From contig CAKZRZ010000014.1 of NCBI GenBank assembly GCA_937918955.1, forward strand, positions 20,080 through 84,079: a stretch of 64,000 nucleotides of DNA, written 5' to 3'. Source of the stretch: an uncultured Arenicella sp. (GTDB lineage Bacteria > Pseudomonadota > Gammaproteobacteria > Arenicellales > Arenicellaceae). Made by a program: the position numbers and the translations under genes. A model generated the notes under the pieces. That model searched no databases. It was not told the DNA's origin and saw only the letters and a list, made by a program, of their open reading frames with translations. Shown here piece after piece: positions 9,779-20,325 of this stretch (the first letter of the stretch is position 1; each line of letters opens with the position of its first letter).

Positions 9779-9909
9779 AGTTAGAGCGGAATTCTGCTTC
9801 CCTGCTTTAATAATGTAAAAAATAGATTTCGGGAACTCAAGGCCTATTGGATCTTGGTTTTGACTTGCAATAGGTCTCACCTTCGATAGGTTTCACCAAT
9901 TTATACGCA

Positions 9910-10359
9910 TCACCATTTCTTAGGATCGCCAACAAAATTCATTGCCTCGAGCTTTTCTAGAAAACTAAAGGTCTCGGGCGCCTCACGCTTAACCTCAGCC
10001 CACACAGCTTGAAACTCGGCTTTCTTCAAATTTGATTCAATTCCAGAGCACCAGTCGGTCCATGTATCGATTCTCACTCGGCCTTTTCTACGCAAGAAGA
10101 TTTGCTCATTACACAGGTCTAAATAGTTATAGATCAACTCGCGGGTAAACTCTTTCTTATCTTGAGAAACTTCTCTGCCAATCAAAGCGTCCACCGGAAT
10201 ACCTTTAGTCAGATCGCGGTATTGCTGATCTATTGAGTCTTCAAATTCCGACTGAGCAATTTTAGAACTCACTCGTAATTGAAACGCAGCGACTAGAACG
10301 CCGAGCATGGTAAAAACCGAAACAATCGACCCCCAGTCTATTGAAAACCCCTTAATCAT
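9910..10359 (-). CDS. hypothetical protein with single N-terminal TM helix
   Basis: 149-aa ORF; TM segment then helical domain (YLDLCNEQIFLR..G.V…W..W). Confidence 0.75.
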   Translation of the reverse strand: MIKGFSIDWGSIVSVFTMLGVLVAAFQLRVSSKIAQSEFEDSIDQQYRDLTKGIPVDALIGREVSQDKKEFTRELIYNYLDLCNEQIFLRRKGRVRIDTWTDWCSGIESNLKKAEFQAVWAEVKREAPETFSFLEKLEAMNFVGDPKKW

Positions 10360-10395
10360 GCTGGCGTGACGCTAACAAGGACCCAAAACTGGACT

Positions 10396-11733
10396 CTACA
10401 GAAAGCTTCTAAGAAGCAAAACCAATACTATCGCTGGGCACACAAAACGAACATAGCTCGGCCAAATCTTCCAAAACAAAGTGTTTTCCATGTCTGGGCT
10501 GCCTTGTTTAAGCTCAGCTAACAATGCATTGCGTTGCCAAATCCAACCAACAAATATACAGAACAAGATGCCGATTAATGGTTCGCTAAACTCTGTTGCG
10601 AAGTTAACAACAAGACCAAAAAGCGCCGCACTATTAAAGATAATAACAAGACTAAATGCGAATATTCCTAAGCCAATCAACCATGCTGATTTCTTACGAG
10701 TAATTCCCAAGCTATCGCTCGCGTAGGCAACCGGCACCTCTAACATAGATATTGACGAAGTTAAGGCGGCGATACTCATTAACACGAAAAATATCAGCGA
10801 TACAATGATTCCAGTACCGCCCATGCTGCTAAATAAAGAAGGCATCACATTGAAGATGAGGTCGGTGCTTTGCAGTAGCTGACCTTTGTCATCAAAGATC
10901 ACAACACCGTTATACTGAGCTACATACATTGCTGGAATCACCAGCATACCGGCAAGCACGGCAATGCCGATATCCATACCAGCAACCGTCGCGCCAAGCT
11001 TAGGCAGATTCTCAGATTTACTCACGTAAGAGCCGTAAACCATCATTGTACCTACCCCTAGAGATAGCGAGAAAAATGCTTGCCCTAAGGCATCAAGAAC
11101 TAAACTTGGTTCCGTGATCTTACTAAAATCAGGTTGTAGATAAATAGCCCACCCTTCGGATGCGCCTGGCAAGGTAGCAATATAAACGATCAACGCGATA
11201 ATCAGCAGTATCAAAAGAGGCATTAAGCGAGTAGACCATTTTTCGATTCCGCTAGCGACTCCGCTCGCGACTACGCCAATGGTAAGAACGAAAAACGCAG
11301 CACAAAAAACAATGGTTCCCAGCATTGAGTCATTTACAAACCAGTTAACGGGAAGGCCAACTAGGTTAGCGACCGAACCGCTAGCGTGCGATAACATGCC
11401 TCCTGCAATGATGGCATAGAAGCTAAGAATTAGACTCGCGGTTAGCATGCCCCAATAGCCTGTGAGAGCGCCCAATCCGCGTGATTTCTTGCCTCCAATT
11501 TTGACCATCGATTTAACTGTATCGGCTTTTGCATTTCGACCGATCAGCAGCTCGGCCATGAGAATCGGGTACGCCAAGAGGAAGGTAAGTATGATATAGG
11601 TGAACACAAAAGCCCCGCCACCATTGCTGGCAACCTTAATAGGGAAACCCCATATGTTGCCTAGACCGATTGCTGAACCCGATGCGGCTAATACAAACGC
11701 CGTGCGTGAACTAAACTCACCTCTCGCTGCCAT
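10396..11733 (-). CDS. sodium-dependent transporter, NSS/SNF family
   Basis: FSSRTAFVLAASGSAIGLGNIWGFP, ALGQAFFSLSLG, AALTSSISMLE. Confidence 0.93.
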   Translation of the reverse strand: MAARGEFSSRTAFVLAASGSAIGLGNIWGFPIKVASNGGGAFVFTYIILTFLLAYPILMAELLIGRNAKADTVKSMVKIGGKKSRGLGALTGYWGMLTASLILSFYAIIAGGMLSHASGSVANLVGLPVNWFVNDSMLGTIVFCAAFFVLTIGVVASGVASGIEKWSTRLMPLLILLIIALIVYIATLPGASEGWAIYLQPDFSKITEPSLVLDALGQAFFSLSLGVGTMMVYGSYVSKSENLPKLGATVAGMDIGIAVLAGMLVIPAMYVAQYNGVVIFDDKGQLLQSTDLIFNVMPSLFSSMGGTGIIVSLIFFVLMSIAALTSSISMLEVPVAYASDSLGITRKKSAWLIGLGIFAFSLVIIFNSAALFGLVVNFATEFSEPLIGILFCIFVGWIWQRNALLAELKQGSPDMENTLFWKIWPSYVRFVCPAIVLVLLLRSFL

Positions 11734-11814
11734 TTAAATCTCCTAATTCTTAGTGATACTTTATTCTTATTATGGTGTCAGCCATGTCCTAACTACGCTT
11801 TTGCATAAGCGACA

Positions 11815-13014
11815 TCAGCTACGAGTGATCACATCAGCAACTCGTTCGATGATTATAGGTAAGTTTTGCTCAGACAGGCCAGCTACATTTATGCGCGTGC
11901 TTTCCAACAGATAGATAGCGAATTCTGATCTCAGTGTAAGTACGTCTTGTTGAGGTATTCCTAAATAACAAAACATACCTTTACTCTCTGCTACGAAGCC
12001 GAAGTCGATTTTGTTTTGAGCTTGGTTCAAGCCCTCAGCCAAATCTAAGCGCAGTTTATTCATGCGCTTACGTACAAACTCCAGCTCTTCTTTCCACTCA
12101 AGGGTGAGTTCAGGGCTCGCCAACAGATGACCAACAACCGCGCCTCCATGCGAAGGAGACATACTGTAGCAGCGGCGTGCCGCCGACAAAATATGAGACT
12201 TAGCTGCCGCCGTTTGCTCAGCGCTATTTGTAATTACAATGGCCGCACCAGTTCGCTCTCGGTATACACCGAAATTTTTGGAGCATGAGCTGGCAACTAA
12301 GACCGTTGGCAGTTTTTTAGCCGCTAAGCGCAAACCGTAAGCGTCTTGCTCTAGTCCATCACCAAAGCCTTGATAAGCAACATCGATAAACGGAATCAAC
12401 TCTCGCTCTTGCATCAAATCAATAAGCGAATCCCATTGATCCTGAGTGAGGTCAGCGCCAGTTGGGTTATGACAGCAGCCATGCAGCAATACAATATCGC
12501 CCTTTGGGATAGCGCCGATTGACTCAAGCATGGCGCTAAAATCGACACCACGCGTTTCAGCGCTGTAGTAGTCATAGGTCTTTAGGGTCAAGCCAGCACT
12601 TTGCAACAAAGGAAAGTGATTCGCCCAGGTTGGGCTACTTACCCAAACGGTTGCCTTCTCACGGGATTGAACCAGTAATTCAGCAGTCATGCGCAAGGCG
12701 CCACATCCGCCCGGGGTCATCACCGTAGCGACACGCTCGCCGAGCGATTCAACGAGTTCATCGCCTAGCATCAGCGCTGTAATGTGCTTTAAAAATGCAG
12801 GATCCCCAGCTTGAGGCGCATAAGCTTTCGTAGTCTGCGCTTCTAATAATTGTTGTTCCGCTGATTTAACTGCGGTAAATATCGGGGTTGCGCCCTTGGC
12901 ATTTTGATATACGCCAACAGACAGATTAATTTTGTCTGGGTTGGCATCTTGCTGAAAGGTTTGATTCAAACCCAAAATTGGGTCAGCTGGAAGAGTTTTC
13001 AGTTGCTCGAACAT
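11815..13014 (-). CDS. aspartate/aromatic amino acid aminotransferase (AspC/TyrB family)
   Basis: PADPILGL, NLSVGVY, LLHGCCHNPTG, DVAYQGFG, SCSKNFGVYRERTG. Confidence 0.93.
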   Translation of the reverse strand: MFEQLKTLPADPILGLNQTFQQDANPDKINLSVGVYQNAKGATPIFTAVKSAEQQLLEAQTTKAYAPQAGDPAFLKHITALMLGDELVESLGERVATVMTPGGCGALRMTAELLVQSREKATVWVSSPTWANHFPLLQSAGLTLKTYDYYSAETRGVDFSAMLESIGAIPKGDIVLLHGCCHNPTGADLTQDQWDSLIDLMQERELIPFIDVAYQGFGDGLEQDAYGLRLAAKKLPTVLVASSCSKNFGVYRERTGAAIVITNSAEQTAAAKSHILSAARRCYSMSPSHGGAVVGHLLASPELTLEWKEELEFVRKRMNKLRLDLAEGLNQAQNKIDFGFVAESKGMFCYLGIPQQDVLTLRSEFAIYLLESTRINVAGLSEQNLPIIIERVADVITRS

Positions 13015-13096
13015 GAGAATGGCTGATTAGTTAATAGTTTGTGTATTTTCTGATTAGGGTCGAAAGAGAGCTAGGCGCTCCATGAGTACAATTGGT

Positions 13097-13639
13097 CTAC
13101 GCTGTAGAATTGACGGTATCACTGGGCGATTCATCTTCATCTGGCGTTTGGCGTTTAATCTCGGACAAGTATTTATACAATAGTCGGTACGACTTAGGCG
13201 GCTTTTTTTTCTTTTTTTCTATCCCAGCATTTCGCACTAATTGGCGAATATGTTGACGGTCGACAACGGGATATTGATCAATGAGCTCAGTAAGAAGCTT
13301 GTCGTCGCCACCAAGCAAACGGTCACGCCACTGCTCTAGTTGGTGCATTTCGGCGGTTTGCTGTTTGCTGGGTTGCTTTTGGCGAGAGAGTTCGAGTTGA
13401 ATAGCCTCAACATCTTCATGAGACATTAGGCTAGCAATACGACGCAGCTGACGTTGTAAAGCGCCGCGCTGGAAGCGTTGGCCGTCTTTGATAGCTTGAT
13501 ACATCGTTTCGCTTAAAGGAACTTTTTTAAGCGACGACGCGGGCAGTTCGATCAACTCTTTGCCAAGTTGATTTAGAACTTTGATTTCACGTTTCAGCTC
13601 GGTTTTATTCGGCCGAATTGCATATTCTTTTTCGCTCAT
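13097..13639 (-). CDS. yjgA: ribosome biogenesis factor YjgA (DarP)
   Basis: RPNKTELKRE..L..LGKEL, RQLRRI, HQLEQWRDRLL, DRQHIRQLVR. Confidence 0.88.
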   Translation of the reverse strand: MSEKEYAIRPNKTELKREIKVLNQLGKELIELPASSLKKVPLSETMYQAIKDGQRFQRGALQRQLRRIASLMSHEDVEAIQLELSRQKQPSKQQTAEMHQLEQWRDRLLGGDDKLLTELIDQYPVVDRQHIRQLVRNAGIEKKKKKPPKSYRLLYKYLSEIKRQTPDEDESPSDTVNSTA

Positions 13640-13773
13640 AATACAATGCGAAGGCACTGGTATAAATATTCAATAGTCGTGCGAATTATGCGCCTGAGTG
13701 GCAGGCTTTACCAGTATTTTAGCCGCAAATCTGATCTTACGGATGGATGCAGGCATTTAGCTGTGACTCGAGT

Positions 13774-15105
13774 TCAATCCTTGCGTTGCTCTCTCTCTGA
13801 TTCATCAAAATGCACTTCAATCCGCGTACCAACGTCGCGCTCACTCTCGACGTCGACAATCCAGTTAAAGCGTGTGGACAGCCGCTTAACGATCGTTAGA
13901 CCAACGCCATAACCTTTTCGAGTGGTTTTGCCGCTTTGCTCTGCTCGGTAATAAGGTTGAAAAATCTTCTTTATTTGCTCTTCACACATACCAATACCGG
14001 TATCCTCTATCACCACAGAATGCTCCTTGATTACAACTGAAACAGAGCCCTCGTTGGTATAGAGAATGGCATTTCGAATAAGATTGCCCAAAACAATGCC
14101 TACTACTTTTCTGGCAGTATAAAGCTGCAGCGGATATTGCTCGTCTATTTCGATGGTAACAGGCTTATCATCAAGATAGATTTCGGCACTCTTTATTTCT
14201 CGCTCAACAACGTTAACGATAATCGTTTGCTCATCCTCAAACTCTTTATCGGTCTCGCGAGCTAAAATCAAGAAAGCGTCGATTAACTCTTCCATGTCGC
14301 GTGCAGAGCCTTTGATTCGGGTGACGAATTTCTTCGAATAATCGTCTAAGTCCTGTTCGGCAAGGAGTAGATCTGACGCCATTTTGATAACCGTCAAAGG
14401 CGTTCGAAATTCGTGACTTGCATCACGCGTAAAGGCTCGCTCACGTTCGACAAATCGTTGAATTCGTCTCGAGTAGGATGAGAACGAACTGACCAGCTTT
14501 TCAACCTCCCAGTCGACATCGCCCGGGATATTTGAAAGGTCTTCCAAGCTCGCATCAGCATGCGCGGGATCGAAACGATCAAACTTGTTCGCCAACCAAA
14601 CAATCGGGCTCAACAAATAGTTCGATTCTCGATAAACCCACCATGCAGTAGTGTATATCAGCACCAAAACGATGGTTAATGGGAACACTCCAAAATACAA
14701 GGCTAAGCGTAGAACACTTTTACCATCGAATAACAAATACAGGCGCTTACCTTCGCGCTCGGTTGTATACATGAGAGAGTGAGCGGTCTGACCGTGCATT
14801 TTCTGAAAGCCTAATCCATAGCCCTGAAGCTCTTCCGGCAAACCTTCACTGGAGTTAATGCCTGTCAAATAGCCTTTTAGGTTTTCGGTATTCGGTGGGG
14901 AAAAAGTTCTATCGAGTTGATAGGACTCCCAGAAATGATCTGACTCACCGGTGAGCGCCTCTCTGACCAAAAATTGCTCGATTACGACGCTAGCGAAGCC
15001 GATGCTCAAAACAGCTACCAGCCCAATTAAACAGGCTTGCAGCGTCATTTTTCGGCTTAGCTTACTGCGAACAGTAGAATGATGAATAGCTTTATTCGAT
15101 TTCAA
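13774..15105 (-). CDS. sensor histidine kinase
   Basis: Two TMs, ERAFTRDASHEFRTPL H-box, NLIRNA, DTGIG, GYGVGL. Confidence 0.92.
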   Translation of the reverse strand: MKSNKAIHHSTVRSKLSRKMTLQACLIGLVAVLSIGFASVVIEQFLVREALTGESDHFWESYQLDRTFSPPNTENLKGYLTGINSSEGLPEELQGYGLGFQKMHGQTAHSLMYTTEREGKRLYLLFDGKSVLRLALYFGVFPLTIVLVLIYTTAWWVYRESNYLLSPIVWLANKFDRFDPAHADASLEDLSNIPGDVDWEVEKLVSSFSSYSRRIQRFVERERAFTRDASHEFRTPLTVIKMASDLLLAEQDLDDYSKKFVTRIKGSARDMEELIDAFLILARETDKEFEDEQTIIVNVVEREIKSAEIYLDDKPVTIEIDEQYPLQLYTARKVVGIVLGNLIRNAILYTNEGSVSVVIKEHSVVIEDTGIGMCEEQIKKIFQPYYRAEQSGKTTRKGYGVGLTIVKRLSTRFNWIVDVESERDVGTRIEVHFDESEREQRKD

Positions 15106-15192
15106 AACAATTTGCCAAGCAAGTTAACGCTAGCCAAGTAGAGAGTCGGGCTGATTATAACGCTAACAAATCAGGTCTCTATATAGGCCAAA

Positions 15193-15882
15193 TTATGGCG
15201 CATCACCGATACGGTAGCCGCGCGACTGGATCGTCTGCAGTAAGGTAGTATCGAACGGCTTATCAACCTGTTTGCGAAGATTGTACATATGACTGCGTAA
15301 GGTATCGCTATCGGGCAAAATATCCCCCCATATTTCATGCTCTAGCTGGTTTCGGCTGACAACTTTTGGTGACTCCTTCATAAGGATTGTCAAAATTTTC
15401 AAACCAATCGGAGACAAATAAATCTGCTGCCCACTGCGCTTTACTTCCAGAGTACCGGTATCTAGCTCTAAGTCGCCAACCGACAGCACCTCTTGCTGAG
15501 CGATTTGCCCTTTACGTCGCATTAAGGCTTTAATGCGTGCTTCTAACTCTAGAATTTCAAAGGGTTTCACCAAGTAGTCGTCAGCCCCCATTTCCAAACC
15601 GTTAACTTTATCCTCAAGTGTGTCGCGAGCCGTTAGCATCAAGATTGGAGTTCCAACCTTCGCCTCTTCACGTAATTTGCGACACACGTCTAAGCCATCC
15701 ATTTGCGGTAGCATTAGGTCGAGTAAAATAATGTCGTAATCATTTTGACTGGCAAGGTTGTAGCCCATCCGGCCGTCACTGGCATAATCTAGCTCATAGT
15801 CACGGCGTTCGAAATAGTCGTAAAGCATCTCGGCGATGTCTTTATGATCTTCAATAATTAAAACGCGTGTAGTATTGGTCAT
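15193..15882 (-). CDS. OmpR-family response regulator (ColR-like)
   Basis: VLIIEDH, LLDLMLP, LMLTARD, GADDYLVKPF, DSDTLRSHMYNLRK. Confidence 0.93.
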   Translation of the reverse strand: MTNTTRVLIIEDHKDIAEMLYDYFERRDYELDYASDGRMGYNLASQNDYDIILLDLMLPQMDGLDVCRKLREEAKVGTPILMLTARDTLEDKVNGLEMGADDYLVKPFEILELEARIKALMRRKGQIAQQEVLSVGDLELDTGTLEVKRSGQQIYLSPIGLKILTILMKESPKVVSRNQLEHEIWGDILPDSDTLRSHMYNLRKQVDKPFDTTLLQTIQSRGYRIGDAP

Positions 15883-15940
15883 TGTGTTTGGTTGGTTCTT
15901 TATAGTGAAGAAAGTTTAGGTAAATATCAGTGAGATCAGC

Positions 15941-16444
15941 GTGAATAGAAACAATAGCAAAGCATATTCTCGCCAGAAAACTCGGGCGTTATCAGTGGTT
16001 TTGGTATCACTATTCATAACTGCATGTTCTAGCACTAACGTCGAGCGCCAATCAAGCGGCGGCGATGTTATAAACCATGGCGATTTAGTCTGCAACACTC
16101 CAGACCGTTTTAAAGGACTCGTTGTCGGTGATGGCCATTGCGTGAGCTTGATCAAGCGCTGCACGCAAGCACCGATAACATCACGATGGCGGCCCGGTGA
16201 CGCCGTTATTGGTTCAAAAGTCGAGCCAGGTACCGTGATCGCGACCTTTAAAAATGGGCGATACCCGAACGTAACAGGCCATCATGCCGCTATATTTATC
16301 GAACAGGACGACCGTGGGATCTGGGTTTGGGATCAATGGGTAGGCAAGCCCGTGCATAAGCGACTGATTCGTAAACGCCCTATTAATGAAGCGACACCAG
16401 GCAACACGGCTCAATTCTACCGTGTGGTCAAGCTAGCAAACTAA
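15941..16444 (+). CDS. lipoprotein with BPSL0067/Tae2-like NlpC/P60-fold amidase domain
   Basis: Lipobox FITA-C; VVGDGHCVSL, WRPG, GTVIATF..GRYPN..GHHAAIF..QD..GIWVWDQW. Confidence 0.8.
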   Translation: MNRNNSKAYSRQKTRALSVVLVSLFITACSSTNVERQSSGGDVINHGDLVCNTPDRFKGLVVGDGHCVSLIKRCTQAPITSRWRPGDAVIGSKVEPGTVIATFKNGRYPNVTGHHAAIFIEQDDRGIWVWDQWVGKPVHKRLIRKRPINEATPGNTAQFYRVVKLAN

Positions 16445-16468
16445 GTCTAGGCGCAGCTGGACCTACGC

Positions 16469-17914
16469 TTACTTAGAGATTTGTAGATTAAGTACTTGGT
16501 GTTTTTTAGCGCTTAGCGAACTTTTTTTCTCGCTAGACTCAACAGCTTTGGCGCTGACTCGAACTCTCAGGCCTGGTTTATTATCGGAAAAAGATAGATC
16601 TAACTTATGCAACTTTAAAACCGCAAATACCAGAGCCAAACCTAGGCCACTTCCGGGCGTAGTTCGACTTTGATCAAGCCGATAAAAGCGCAGCACCACT
16701 TTTTCGTGAGCTTCTTCAGGTATTCCGGGGCCGTTATCCGCAATTTCGACGTACCAATTCACGCCCTCATTAACTGAGCGAATGCTGATGGTGCCCTTGT
16801 CTGGCGTGTACTTGATAGCATTATCGAGTAAATTCGCAAAGGCTTGAAACAACATGTCTCTATCCGCTGAAATTTCCATGCTTTGGCTAATTTCTACCTG
16901 CAGAGTTTGACCCTTTTCTTCTATCAAAGGTTCATAGAGTTCTTGTAAGTCATAGAGAATAGAGTTCAAGTCTACAGACTTAAAGCCTTTGCGCTGCTCG
17001 CTGTACTCAATTCTCGCGATTCTAAGCAAGGCATTAAAGGTGGCTAAAAGACCATCGGCTTCATGAATAATTTGATCAACCGCCAACTCCTCCTCATTAC
17101 GGCCGGCAACACGAAACTTAAGTTCCTCGACGCGATTCTTTAAGCGCGCCAGAGGTGTTTTAAGATCATGAGCAATATTGTCTGAGACACGGCGAACACC
17201 TTCCATACCATGTTCGATTTGATCGAGCATGGAATTCAAGTTGACCGCTAGCTCGTCGAACTCATCTCCTGTTCCGCTAGTAGCAATTCGACGGCGAAGA
17301 TCACCTTGCATGATCTTTCGGCTAGTTTGATTAATCGCGCCAAGGCGGCTGCTTAAAGTGCGACGCATCATCAAGCCACCAATGATGCCCAGAGCAATGG
17401 TCAACAGTAAGCCCCAAAATAGGGCTCTACCGACAAGCGCTTTTAGAGTGGTCAGGTCTTCCATGCCCTGCCCGATCAACAAGTTATATCGATTACCCAA
17501 TAATACCGCACGAGCGCGAGCACTGAACTCACGATCGTCGTCATCTTGAACATGGCCAAGACGAAAATCGAGCCAACCGCCTTTGCGGTCAACAGCCATT
17601 CGCGGCCAACCGGTCATGTTGCTGACTAGGGGTTGAAACTGATAGTCAGCTAACAAATACAAGGTCGAATCGCCCGGGCGAGGCTGCACTCGCTCGGACA
17701 AAATGGTTACCAAGCCCGGATAGCCTTTACGTTCATAAATATCTGTAAGCTCTTGAATTTCAGCATTAATATCAACGTCAGTTTGATTGGTTTTATAAAC
17801 AATCGTAGACCAGTAAACGAACCCCAAAATAATGGAGACCGACATGCCAAACAAAACAACATAAACCAGCGTAATACGAAACGCCGAGCTTTTAAATGGA
17901 CTAATCTGGTTCAC
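16469..17914 (-). CDS. HAMP sensor histidine kinase
   Basis: GDEFDELAVNLNSMLD, DNIAHDLKTPL, NLLDNAIKY, ADNGPGI, GSGLGL. Confidence 0.93.
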   Translation of the reverse strand: MNQISPFKSSAFRITLVYVVLFGMSVSIILGFVYWSTIVYKTNQTDVDINAEIQELTDIYERKGYPGLVTILSERVQPRPGDSTLYLLADYQFQPLVSNMTGWPRMAVDRKGGWLDFRLGHVQDDDDREFSARARAVLLGNRYNLLIGQGMEDLTTLKALVGRALFWGLLLTIALGIIGGLMMRRTLSSRLGAINQTSRKIMQGDLRRRIATSGTGDEFDELAVNLNSMLDQIEHGMEGVRRVSDNIAHDLKTPLARLKNRVEELKFRVAGRNEEELAVDQIIHEADGLLATFNALLRIARIEYSEQRKGFKSVDLNSILYDLQELYEPLIEEKGQTLQVEISQSMEISADRDMLFQAFANLLDNAIKYTPDKGTISIRSVNEGVNWYVEIADNGPGIPEEAHEKVVLRFYRLDQSRTTPGSGLGLALVFAVLKLHKLDLSFSDNKPGLRVRVSAKAVESSEKKSSLSAKKHQVLNLQISK

Positions 17915-18596
17915 TCAGCATATAACCTGCGCCGCGCACAGTGTGCAATAACGAGACTTCAAACTCTTTATCAATTTTGCCTCTTAGTCGACTGATATGC
18001 ACATCAATAACATTTGTTTGCGGGTCGAAGTGATAGTCCCACACCTTCTCCAGAAGCATCGTTCGAGTAACAACTTGACCGCTGTGGCGCATTAAATACT
18101 CAAGCAGTCTAAACTCGCGCGGCTGAAGATCCACCTTTTGCTCGTTGCGGCGAACTTCTCGCTTGAGAAGGTCCATTTCGAGATCGGCTACTTTTAGGAC
18201 GGTATCCGGTGACTCTGGCTCGGCACGACGCACCAAAGCTTCGATGCGAGCTTGCAGTTCAGAGAACGCAAACGGTTTCACCAGATAATCATCGGCACCA
18301 GCTTTCAAGCCAACAACACGATCATCAACATCGCCTAAAGCACTGAGCATCAGAATTGGCGTTCGATTGCCACTGCCGCGCAATGTGCGAGTCATGGTGA
18401 CGCCATCAACCTTTGGCAACATGCGATCAGCAATAATCGCTTGATACTCGGTTGAATCAGCCATGAGTAAACCTTCGCGACCGTCGGCAGCATGATCTGC
18501 AATATGACCACACTCAGTCAGCCCCTTGACAATGTATTTCGCGGTTTCGTTATCGTCTTCTACGACAAGTACTCGAATCATGCTTTTCTTATTCAT
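17901..18596 (-). CDS. CusR/CopR-like OmpR-family response regulator
   Basis: GADDYLVKPFAFSEL, LQPREFRLLEYL, VWDYHFDPQTNVIDVHISRLR. Confidence 0.92.
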   Translation of the reverse strand: MNKKSMIRVLVVEDDNETAKYIVKGLTECGHIADHAADGREGLLMADSTEYQAIIADRMLPKVDGVTMTRTLRGSGNRTPILMLSALGDVDDRVVGLKAGADDYLVKPFAFSELQARIEALVRRAEPESPDTVLKVADLEMDLLKREVRRNEQKVDLQPREFRLLEYLMRHSGQVVTRTMLLEKVWDYHFDPQTNVIDVHISRLRGKIDKEFEVSLLHTVRGAGYMLSEPD

Positions 18597-18630
18597 AATT
18601 ATTTTTGTCCATTTTACGCTATTTGTTATT

Positions 18631-18675
18631 TGGCTCCCACTAAATGCGTAAATCTGAACACAATTAGTGGGGCCA
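18631..18675. other. intercistronic stem-loop between protease and regulator genes
   Basis: tggctcccactaa … ttagtggggcca imperfect inverted repeat. Confidence 0.5.
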
Positions 18676-18714
18676 TAGTTCTATTCTGCTTCGTTTAGAG
18701 CTAATAGCTGAGGC

Positions 18715-20325
18715 TTAGTCCAAATCAAAGGCGAAAAAGCTAGGGTTACCGCGCCGATTTATCAATACAGCAATTGAGCTTTCTTCATCGTCTTCTGCTT
18801 GTTTAAGAACTTTCGTTACTTGTTTGGGATCTTGGATGTTTTTATCGCCACCAAGCTGAACAATGACATCGCCGGGACGAAGCCCATTTTTAGCTGCGAG
18901 ACCTCTAGGCTCGACGGATGTGATTAGCACGCCATCAACATCGTCGCCAACTCGATAGCGTTCGCGATTAGACTCGGTCAGCTTAGCCATTTCAGCGCCC
19001 AAGAGCTTATTCATTTTCGGCTTTGCTTGCTCCTCAGGCTCGCTCGTAGCGAGTTCTTGATCTTCCGAAGGAAACGGTTCTGTTTTAATACGGATAGTCT
19101 TACGCTTACCATCACGCCATACCTTCATCGCGTAGGTTTTACCAACCTGGGATTGCGCGACTTCTTTCGGCAAATTACGCATCTCCTTAATTGGCTCACC
19201 GTTAAATTCTAGAATGATGTCCCTGGCTTCGAGCCCAGCTTTTGATGCTGGCGAATCGGCAATAACACCCGATACTAATGCACCTTGCTCATCAGGACGA
19301 TCAAGCAATTTCGCTAACTCTTTTGATACAGGGCCAATTGAAACGCCAATCCAACTGCGCTCTACTTCGCCTGAGCTTTGGAGCTGACTAATCACACCTT
19401 TGGCGAGATTCGCTGGAATCGAGAAGCCAATGCCGACACTGCCGCCGCTGGGCGAATAGATCATTGAATTAATACCGATCACTTCCCCTTGCATATTGAA
19501 TAACGGGCCGCCTGAATTGCCTCGATTAATCGCAGCGTCAACCTGAATGAAATCATCGTAAGGCCCGGCTTGGATGTCACGGCCTATTGCTGAAATTATT
19601 CCTGTACTCGCTGAACCGCCCAAACCAAATGGGTTGCCAATAGCAAGTACCCAGTCGCCAACTCGAGACTGCTCGTCGTCACCCCAAGGTAAAAATGGTA
19701 AGTCGCTAGCATCTTCAAGCTTTAACAACGCTAGGTCAGTTTTAGGATCACTGCCTTTAATCTCAGCCTTATATTCGGTGCCGTCAGTCATAGTGACGAT
19801 TATTTCGTCGGCGTCGTTAACCACATGATGATTGGTAACCACATAGCCATCAGCGCTGATAATAAAACCTGAGCCAATACCGAGCGGCCGAGTTTGTTTT
19901 TCTTCGTCTGATTCCGAATCTGAATCCGGTTCTGGCTGTTGTTGTCTTGGATCAACTTGCCCGCGGCGGTTAAACCATTCAAAGAACTCTTCAAATCCCT
20001 GTGGGCCACGAAAATCTGGTCGCCCTCCTCTTGGATTAAAACCCCGCTGCTCAATAAAACCTGCGGTCGCAACATGCACTACCGCGGGACTCACATCTTC
20101 AATTAAATCTGCAAAACCATTAGCCGGCGTCCAAGGGCCTTGTGATGAACCGCGAGGCTTAACTACCGCCGCTGGCGTGGCTTTAGCCGTATTGTGTAGA
20201 CCGTCAGCATCGTCTTTGTGACCGTCGGCCGATGCCTGAATAGAAATAACCAGTGCCGCTGAGGCCGCAGCCACTGAGGTCCACTTAAGTATTGGCATGA
20301 ACGAGCTTGATATTGTTTTAACCAT
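18715..20325 (-). CDS. Do/DegQ (HtrA) family serine endopeptidase with two PDZ domains
   Basis: GSGFII, TNHHV, DPKTDLALLK, DAAINRGNSGGPL; signal peptide; GGAG upstream of ATG 20325. Confidence 0.95.
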   Translation of the reverse strand: MVKTISSSFMPILKWTSVAAASAALVISIQASADGHKDDADGLHNTAKATPAAVVKPRGSSQGPWTPANGFADLIEDVSPAVVHVATAGFIEQRGFNPRGGRPDFRGPQGFEEFFEWFNRRGQVDPRQQQPEPDSDSESDEEKQTRPLGIGSGFIISADGYVVTNHHVVNDADEIIVTMTDGTEYKAEIKGSDPKTDLALLKLEDASDLPFLPWGDDEQSRVGDWVLAIGNPFGLGGSASTGIISAIGRDIQAGPYDDFIQVDAAINRGNSGGPLFNMQGEVIGINSMIYSPSGGSVGIGFSIPANLAKGVISQLQSSGEVERSWIGVSIGPVSKELAKLLDRPDEQGALVSGVIADSPASKAGLEARDIILEFNGEPIKEMRNLPKEVAQSQVGKTYAMKVWRDGKRKTIRIKTEPFPSEDQELATSEPEEQAKPKMNKLLGAEMAKLTESNRERYRVGDDVDGVLITSVEPRGLAAKNGLRPGDVIVQLGGDKNIQDPKQVTKVLKQAEDDEESSIAVLINRRGNPSFFAFDLD

